The notes beneath the pieces are model-generated. The model was not told the origin of the DNA, did no database searches, and saw only the letters and a list, made by a program, of their open reading frames with translations. This document shows, piece by piece, positions 56,002-64,000 of a DNA stretch of 64,000 bases. Position 1 is the first letter of the stretch. Each line of letters starts with the position of its first letter. A program made the position numbers and the translations under genes. The stretch is from assembly GCA_951406725.2 (NCBI GenBank), contig OX597814.1, positions 105,214,001-105,278,000 of the forward strand, in the 5' to 3' direction. This DNA is from Octopus vulgaris (taxonomy: Eukaryota).

Positions 56002-56671
56002 TCCTTCTCTCTAATTCTCACTGATTTACAATGTGGTCTGAGTAACTAATTACGTTTCAAAAATATTTGTCCATTCCTAAGTTGTCAATTACGTTTGATG
56101 TCCACAGTCCATTTCCATATTCAATGATTTGGAATCACGTGGTAAGATTGCTCCAATGTGCTGTACGATTGAATTAAATAAACGACATTCTATTTATAAT
56201 CTTTATGCTTGCATTTATCCTTAATCAGTCAATTAGCACTTTCTGATTAACGTTCTCTAATGTCGATTAATTATCCTGTTATCATCATCCGGGAAAGGAA
56301 GATGGTGTATTCATCATTCTTCTCTTCTACCTGCTGCTTCTCTTATTTGCTCTCTTTACACCACCACCACCACCTCCTCTTCATTCTCCTCTTCATACTC
56401 CTCATAATGTCATCGTTATCGTTGTTGTCGTTGTCGTTGCATCAGCATCTTCCTAATCAATATCGTCAACAGCAGCAGCTGTTCAAGAATTTGGACCTGG
56501 AGATCTCCATTTCCAGCGACTTTGAGGGCCACCTCCCAGTGGTGTCAGGCGTCAACGAAGAGCCTTCGACTACAACAAGACGACCAAAATTTTTTTTTCC
56601 AAGGGTCTGGGGTCTCCCGCACCTAAGCACTAGACCATCACCTAATCACCCTTTTACCCGTCTTGTTTCTT

Positions 56672-56710
<39 letters not shown>

Positions 56711-56849
56711 CAACAGCAACAGAGCTGCAACAATTAGCACCACCGCCACCACCCTTGCTGTTGGTGTCACTGATATACAGAGATAATTAGCTAGCTCTGT
56801 TTAGCTATGTGTGTGTGTGCGCGCATGTGTGCGTGTGTATGTGTATGCA

Positions 56850-56882
<33 letters not shown>

Positions 56883-57167
56883 ATGCGTGTGTATATATTT
56901 TCCTCAAGAAAATGTGCATAAAACTGCCCGGGGGTACTTTTCTGATAGTAAATATATAGTAAATATATATATATATATATATGTGTGTGTGTATGTGTGT
57001 GTGTGTGTGTGCATTTGTATATACACACACTCATACATATATATTATATATATATATATGTATACACACACACTCATACATACATATATATTATATATAT
57101 ATGTATACACACACACTCATACATACATATATATTATATATATATGTATACATACATATATATTATA

Positions 57168-58628
57168 CTAGCAGAGATACCCGGCGTTGCCCGAGTTACA
57201 TACAGTTGAAGAATTAGACTTTTCTGCTGTATTTTCTCTAATGAACTGGAATATCTATGTTTCGAATTTCATCAAAATTGCAGATGAGGGTTATTTCCCT
57301 CTTTACACACCCCCAAAAAATTGTAATCGTGCCACATATATCCCATACTACTGATTTTTATGCGCATATTCCAAAATTCCAGTCTTATTGAACCTGTTAA
57401 AAAGATTTTGCTCCTGAAAAATGAAGGTCATAGTGCTCTAAAATGTGAGAGTTAACGCCCCTGTTGGGGGTAGGCATTTTAATGTCAACCAGAGAAGTTG
57501 AATTGTTGAGAATCTTTTTACTTGGGTCTTATATCTATTGTTTGAATTTCTTTGAAATAGGAAATATATGTTCACTGGGTTTGTAAAAGAGAGCAAAGCT
57601 ACAGGAAACCAAAAGACGAATGATCACAATAAGCAGTCAGCTACAGTACCTAGTCGTTACCACTCCCAATGTAGGATTCCTCACCATCCAGGTGACAGGC
57701 ACAGCAGTAATATGCATTACGAATCTATAGCAATTGGAAGGGCGTGACCCAACTGAAATAAACATTAACAACTGTGTGACGTGAGGGCTAAGGAGAAATG
57801 AAAGTTGGAGTTTGCAAATGACCACTATACTGATACGTAACTGGACAGAATAAATTTACAATCTATAAATGTCTTTGAATAACCAGTCACTCATCTGGGA
57901 AGGCCTTGAAATCAATGTTACCATGTGGGGACTATGTGTGACCCAGTGATAATAAAAAGACTGAAAGGAGGTCTGCAATCAAATAACTTTACTCAACACT
58001 TTGCAACTGAATCAGTGGAGGCAAAGATGCCTCTCATTTACTTGACAATTTATGCAGCACATTGCAGAAATCACAATGTAAGTGTATGTCAAAGCAAACT
58101 GTTACACTGTTGTACCATTGAATTACAAATAATGCTCATCTTCTATGCTCGCATGACCCCACAGCTTCCAAGAGTACAACTATTCGTCTTTGCTTAGATA
58201 AAATGACAAAACAGTGGGTGTTAAGTCCCCATGGAGGGGTCTTTCTAACTTGTAAGAAGATGAAATTTTATAAATATTACTTCATTTGTATCTAATATCT
58301 ATGGTTAAAATTTCATCAACAGCAAAAATATATGAATTGTCATGGGGGTTATGGCCCTTATGCATAGAATATAATTTCCACAAACCAAACATATTGCATT
58401 ATACCCGCTCCCTTATGCATTGAATCTAAGTTTCAAATATCATAAGGATCCATTCATAAGGAATTCAGTAATTTTGGTCCATGAAACTGTATGAAACACA
58501 CATCATTACCCTTCTCCCTGGGCTTCGATTTTGTGTTCCAAATTTCATTATGATCGGTGCAGCAGTTTTCGAATGTATAAGTAATACACGAACACATAAA
58601 GACATTGTATTTGATATAATAAATATGA
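57168..58628 (-). mobile_element. Non-autonomous Helitron-like element
   Basis: The minus-strand 3' end CTCGGGCAACGCCGGGTATCTCTGCTAG|T has a subterminal hairpin and CTAG. The putative 5' end TC..TATATCAAA...AAAACTGCTGCACCGATCATAATGAAATTTGG is near 58628. That both ends belong to one element is inferred. Confidence 0.65.
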
Positions 58629-58638
58629 ATGTACACAT

Positions 58639-58689
<51 letters not shown>

Positions 58690-58692
58690 TGC

Positions 58693-58755
<63 letters not shown>

Positions 58756-59014
58756 AAGATAAATTGATAGATACAACTGAGTGGGCAAACAAAAATATAA
58801 GACACAGCGTAGTGCTTTTTTATGTTGATAAGCCTGGTACTTATTCTATTAGTTTCTTCTTGTGAAACCAGTAAGTTATGGGGATGTAAATAAAGTAACA
58901 CCAGTTGTGAAGCAGTGATGAGGGTGAAACACAGAAACAATGTCACACACATACCCTTAAATATGTACATACATATATATACGATTGATTTCTTTAAAGT
59001 TTCTGTCTACGAAG

Positions 59015-59150
59015 TCTATATATATCTCTCTATATATAAAACTGAGAATGTGTGTCTGTCTGTCTGTGTGAATCCCTAAAACTTGAGGACTACACAACCA
59101 ATTTCATTCCAATTTTACACACACCTTACTTAGGGTCCATGTAGTGTCAT
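59015..59150 (+). mobile_element. Helitron-like 5' end fragment between family A SINE pieces
   Basis: TCTATATATAAAACTGAGAATGTGTG(TCTG)n...CAACCAATTTCATTCCAATTTTACACAC. Confidence 0.55.
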
Positions 59151-59433
59151 GTGGAAAAATGTTTATCTGGGTTCAGTTCCACTGCGTGGCACCTTGGCCA
59201 AGTGTCTTCGACTTTAGCCGCAACTGACCATAGCCCTGTGAGTGGATTTGGTAGACGGAAACTGAAAGAAGCCCATCGTATATATACATGTGGATGTGCG
59301 TGTGAATGTATCAGCGTTTGTCCCTCACCACCCCTTTACAACCGATGTACGTGTGTATGCTATGTTACGGGTGACGTAACCAAACCAACACCAGTTGTCA
59401 AGCGGTGATAGAGTATAAACACAAATGCAAGCA

Positions 59434-59474
<41 letters not shown>

Positions 59475-59524
59475 CTACTTAGGAGGATATTGTCGGCCCG
59501 GGGCTATAGTAAAATACTATATTG

Positions 59525-59757
59525 AAGGCGGCGAGCTGGCAGAAACATTAGCGCGCCGGGCGAAATGCTTAGCGTTATTTCGTCTGTCGTTACGTTCTCA
59601 GTTCAAATTCCGCCGAGGTCGACTTTGCCTTTCATCCTTTCGGGATCGATAAATAAAGTACCAGTTACGCACTGGAGTCGATGTAATCGACTTAATCCCT
59701 TTGTCTGTCCTTGTTTGTCCCCTCTATGTTTAGCCCCTTGCGGGTAGTAAAGAAATA
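59525..59757 (+). mobile_element. Family B SINE, full length, about 18-bp TSD, inserted in a family A remnant
   Basis: TATAGTAAAA(T/G)ACTATAT at 59505-59522 and 59758-59775. Confidence 0.9.
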
Positions 59758-59914
59758 TATAGTAAAAGACTATATATATATATATCTGTGTGTAGAGAGA
59801 GAGAGAGGTGAAAAGATAGATAGATGACAGACAGATACCTACATACATTAATACATACATACATACATACATACATACATACATACATACATACATACAT
59901 TACTACATACATAC

Positions 59915-60032
59915 ATTATGGCTGCCCCCTCTTTATCGAGTATGGCCATTGGATGAAGCTTAACTGTTACTGGTGCTGTGATCGAATGTGACTTTTTAGC
60001 CCAGCTAAAGATCTACAATGTATTGTACACAC
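59915..60032 (-). mobile_element. RTE-like LINE extreme 3' end with (TATG)n tail
   Basis: CTIHCRSLAGLKSHIRSQHQ* (zinc-finger end), then AAGCTTCATCCAATGGCCATACTCGATAAAGAGGGGGCAGCCA. Confidence 0.7.
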
Positions 60033-60102
60033 ACATACATACATACATACATACATACATACATACATACATACATACATACATACATACATACATACAT
60101 AC

Positions 60103-60644
60103 ATGGTGGCTGCCCCCTCGTTACCGTGTATGGCCATTGCACGAAGCTTAATCAATGTTGTTATCGTGCAATGCCTGTGCAAGAAGATTTTTTTTAAAGT
60201 GAGGAAAAGCTGTGCACCGAGTCAATCCCACTCACTAAGCAACAGCAGTCATAATCCGAAAAGAAGAACAAGTCAACATCATCGGTAACCACTGAGGCGC
60301 AGGTTATATGTCAGAGTTATCCCAGTTACCTTCCCCTAGACGGATGCCCTAACAAAGGCTAGGAGTCCTTCACTCCCAATGGATTAACCGCGCGATCGGG
60401 TATTTAGTCTGATTATTTCTATGTCCCCGCGCATGATACACCCTTAAGACATTTATTGGATGGCCGTTGACTCCCAAGAGTTCCTCCGCCCTTTGACGGG
60501 TTTTGTTTTTCATCCCGCAGAGTGACTAATAAACACCCTCCTCACCAAGCAAGCTTGGTGGGGTTGCCGGTTTAGTCGCCGACGACCCGACCATGCAACA
60601 GGTTGTACTGGGGTACATGTTACCAGTAGCACTCGAAAGTGACC
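60103..60644 (-). mobile_element. ORF-less RTE-derived non-autonomous element (5'-UTR-like part plus shared 3' end) embedded in (TATG)n
   Basis: The 3' end AAGCTTCGTGCAATGGCCATACACGGTAACGAGGGGGCAGCCA matches the 59915 element. The internal CCTAGCCTTTGTTAGGGCATCCGTCTAGGGGAAGG resembles RTE 5' UTRs from memory, unchecked. Confidence 0.65.
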
Positions 60645-60784
60645 TTACATACTTACATACATACATAGAAAGTGAGAAAGAGAAAAGAGAAAAGGTGGAA
60701 AGCTCCAGGGATTTAATTAGTTTTGCCGTTGAAACAAAAAAATTAGTTTCCCGCAAAATCAAAAAGCAAAATTATCAAATATGA

Positions 60785-61020
60785 CAGAGGGGAAGAGAGG
60801 AAGAGAGGAAGAGGGAGAGGGAGAGAGTGAAAGAAAGAGTGAAGAAAGAGAGTGAAAGAGAGAGTGAGAGAGAGAATGAGAGTGAGAGAGGGGCTGGGAG
60901 TGAGAGTGAGAAAGGGAGTGAGAGAGAGAAAGAGAGTGAGAGAGAGAAAGGGAGTGAGAGTGAGAAAGGGAGTGAGAGAGAGAGAATGAGAGTGAGAGCG
61001 AGAGAAAGAGAATGAAAGAG
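60785..61020. repeat. Polypurine (GA/GAGT) tract
   Basis: About 235 bp, nearly all purine on the + strand. Confidence 0.85.
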
Positions 61021-61645
61021 ATGTCTACCTTTCAAATAATAATATATTGTAACTTTGTTCGGATTAGGCAATTAGCTTTGAGCGGCGGCGGCGTGAAGGT
61101 GGAAAAGGAAGACGAGGCAACGGTGAAGCTGGTGCGATGACGATAAACACCTAAGAGACATCAGATAGAATAGCTTGCAGGCAAGAAAAGAAAAGGCTTC
61201 TTCTCCCCCACCGCCACCGCCACTCTTCTTAGGTCGTCGTCGTCGTCCATATTTGTCGACGTCGTAAACAAAAACAGACAAATGAAAAAACAAAAAGCTT
61301 AATGGAAGAAAAGCTTGGCTCACTTTGAAGTTTTCGCAACAACCGCCATCATAAACCATCAATTCACTCCCCCACCCATCCCCATATCCCCCTCTCTCAT
61401 TCACTCCTTAGATTTTTGTTTTATGTTTGTCTTTGCATTTACGGTTTTCGCGATTCTTGTTTGATTTTTATGCACTTTTTGGTATTTTTTGGTGGGGTGG
61501 GGGTCGTTTGAGCAGAAAAAAAAACTTATTAGAAAAACGTTGTCATTTAAATATGTTAATTGTTGGATTGATATATTATACGGAAGAGGGGTAGAGGTAA
61601 ATTTTGATGGTGTGTCGCTCATGCTTTTCCTACATAACATAAAGA

Positions 61646-62060
61646 GGTGTGTAGGAGTGGCTGTGTGGTAAGTAGCTTGCTTATCAACCACATGGTCGGG
61701 GTTCAGTTCCACTGTGTAGTACCTTGGGCAAATGTTTTCATCTATAGCCTCAGGCCGACCAAAGCCTTGTGAATGGATTTGGTAGATGAAAACTTAAAGA
61801 AGCCCGTCGTATATGTACACATATATATATGTATGTGTGTGTATGTGTTTGTGTGTCTGTTTGCCCCCCTCCCCATTATCACTTGACAACCGATGCTGAT
61901 GTGTTTACGTCCCCGTATCTTTAGCGGTTCGGTAATAGAGACCGATAGAATAAATACTAGGCTTCCAAAGAATAAGTCCTGAGGTCGATTTGCTCGACTA
62001 AAGGCGGTGCTCCAGCATGGCCGCAGGCAAATGACTGAAACTAGTAAAAGAGTAAAAGAG
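61646..62060 (+). mobile_element. Family A SINE, full length
   Basis: Complete from head to the GTAAAAGA-repeat tail. An antisense 5' half follows at 62240-62407. Confidence 0.92.
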
Positions 62061-62460
62061 TGTGTGATATGTATTTATTATGTCTTCTGGTTATTAATGC
62101 CGGGTTTGTGAGAAAGGTGAAAACAGACAGACAGGCAGACACCCGTATCCATCCATTGATACTCATGGATACACATGCACCCATCTCCCATCATAAATGC
62201 TCATATGTGTGGTTGAGAGAGTGTATGCGTGAGTATAATCGGCGGGTTTCTTTCAGTTTCCGTCTACCGAATCTAATCGCAAGGCTTTGGATGGTCCGAG
62301 ACTGTGGAAGAAGACACTTGGCCAAGGTGTCACACAGTGGGACTGAACGCGCACCCATGTGCTTGGGGAACAAAAACGTCTTGACCACACAGCCATGTCT
62401 GCGCCTATGTATTTGTGTATGTTATAGATAAATACAGGTGCAAACATTCAAACAAACATA

Positions 62461-62796
62461 TAGTAGAACCTCGCTTTACGAGTGCCACATTGTACGAGTA
62501 ATTTGCTGTACGAGCCGAAACTCACGTGAATTTTTGTCTTGAAATACGAGCGGAAATCCGCAGTATGAGCACACAAATCGTCCCATCTGTAATTCAGTTA
62601 ATAAAACCAGTTTACATATTTCCTTTGCATTCTCTATTTTATAATTTTCATTTTATCTGTAACTACACCTTTTCTGTTTTAAAACCATGGAACGGATTAA
62701 TTATACTTTAGTTAATTTGCTGATTTGTAAAACGAGTAAATCGTAAGACGAGCTCGCTCATGGAACGATTTAGACTCGCACTGCGCGGTATCACCT
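62461..62796. mobile_element. Tigger/pogo-like MITE, diverged
   Basis: TA|TAGTAGAACCTCGCTTTACGAGT...ACTCGCACTGCGCGGTATCACCT|TA imperfect TIRs, with repeated TACGAG subterminal motifs. Confidence 0.65.
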
Positions 62797-63499
62797 TATT
62801 AATAAACCTAAATATATTTTTTAAAAAAACATTTATTCATCGTTGCTGTGTAAATTAGACATGACTTTATAAAACCAGGTTTTTACTGAAAGAAGAAATA
62901 CTCAGACATCGATTCGCGTCTGCAAGACTTTACAGGAATGTTGAACGACTGAAGTCAATCAAAGTCTACTCGTATCACCGGTTATCCTTATCAACTGATC
63001 GATCTGTCATAACAATCGTTTCGTTTTTCACCAACGCCGCCAAATCTCCTCTCAACGGTCACCATTTTTCTCTATTTTATTAAATGACGATTCCTGCTCT
63101 TCTCTTCCAAAGACATAAACACCTTCGACATTTCCTCGAGCTTCTTTTGTGAAAAAGGATAATCCATAAAATAGACCATTGATGATATTCGTTCCTCGAT
63201 TATCTCCAGACGATTGTCTCCTAAGCTTCTTTTATACACTTCGACTGATCGCTGGAAATAGAACCATATTTGCTGATGCTGTGTCGAAGCATCATGATTT
63301 AATCTTCAATTCTAGCACCAGTCAAGTGCCGGTGCAACTCTCCACACCTTCTACCATTATATCCTGGTTGTTCTGAAGAGACAAGAGGGACAAATTCGAG
63401 AAGGTTTCTGTGTCCGCTCTTGTCGACGTGAGCAGCGACAGTGTCAAGGCCTTGCCACAGTGATATCAGGGGCATTCTCGATGGACAGTGACGGCTATG

Positions 63500-63958
63500 T
63501 GGAGGTGGATGTGTATGGGCGGGCGGGCGTGTTTATATGTGTGCGTGCGTGTATGTGCGTGTGTGTGTGAGTGCACGTATGCGTGTGTTTGTGTGTGTGC
63601 TTGTGTACATGAGTGTGTACGTGCTTGTATGCGAGTGTGTATGTATGCATGTGTGTGTGTGCGTGTGTGTGTTTGTTCGCGCGCGTCCGTGTGCAAGCGT
63701 GTGCATGCATGTGTATGTGTGCGTGTGTGTGTATGCATGCGTGTGCATGCGTGTGCATGTGCGTCTAAGTGTGTGTGTTTGTGTACATGTGTGTGTGCGT
63801 GTGCGTGCGTGTGCGTATGTGTATTTGTGTACATGTTCGTACGTTTTTGCGTATGTATGTGTGTGTGCATATGTGTCTGTGCTTGTGCGAGCGTGTGAAT
63901 ATGCGTGTGTGTGTGTGTGTGTGAATATGCGTGTGTGTGAGTGTGTGCGCGCGCGCTG
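63500..63958. repeat. Degenerate (TG/CG/TA) alternating purine-pyrimidine tract
   Basis: Low-complexity sequence. Confidence 0.85.
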
Positions 63959-64000
63959 CAGTGGATTAACCATTAAGCAAAATAAGCACGTGTAGAAGGC

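Noticed and set aside
60450-60644. HDV-like or twister ribozyme call
   Set aside because: I could not build a consistent P1-P4 or twister fold by hand, so it is kept only as a hypothesis in the findings.

Overview
This is eukaryotic, AT-rich, repeat-saturated non-coding DNA, almost certainly from an Octopus genome, judged by its SINE families and extreme (TA)n/(CA)n/(TATG)n/(GATA)n/(TAA)n microsatellite load. I found no credible host protein-coding exon. Nearly all listed ORFs are microsatellite translations. The recognisable coding remnants are all transposable elements: RTE, CR1, R4/Dong restriction-like-endonuclease LINEs, two Penelope-like elements (PLEs), and Tc1/mariner-superfamily transposase pieces. 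There are also a Tigger-like MITE, Helitron pieces and about 40 copies or fragments of tRNA-derived CORE-type and Meta-type SINEs. The most striking signal is about 10 minimal type-I hammerhead ribozyme (HHR) motifs, folded by hand, mostly in short ORF-less PLE-like repeats next to microsatellites. They include a G3:C8 core-swapped variant (42700-42750), a variant with a canonical core and a greatly extended stem II (53726-53820), and one in the loop of a 133-bp inverted repeat (40162-40504). All calls are from manual reading; no database search or folding program was run.
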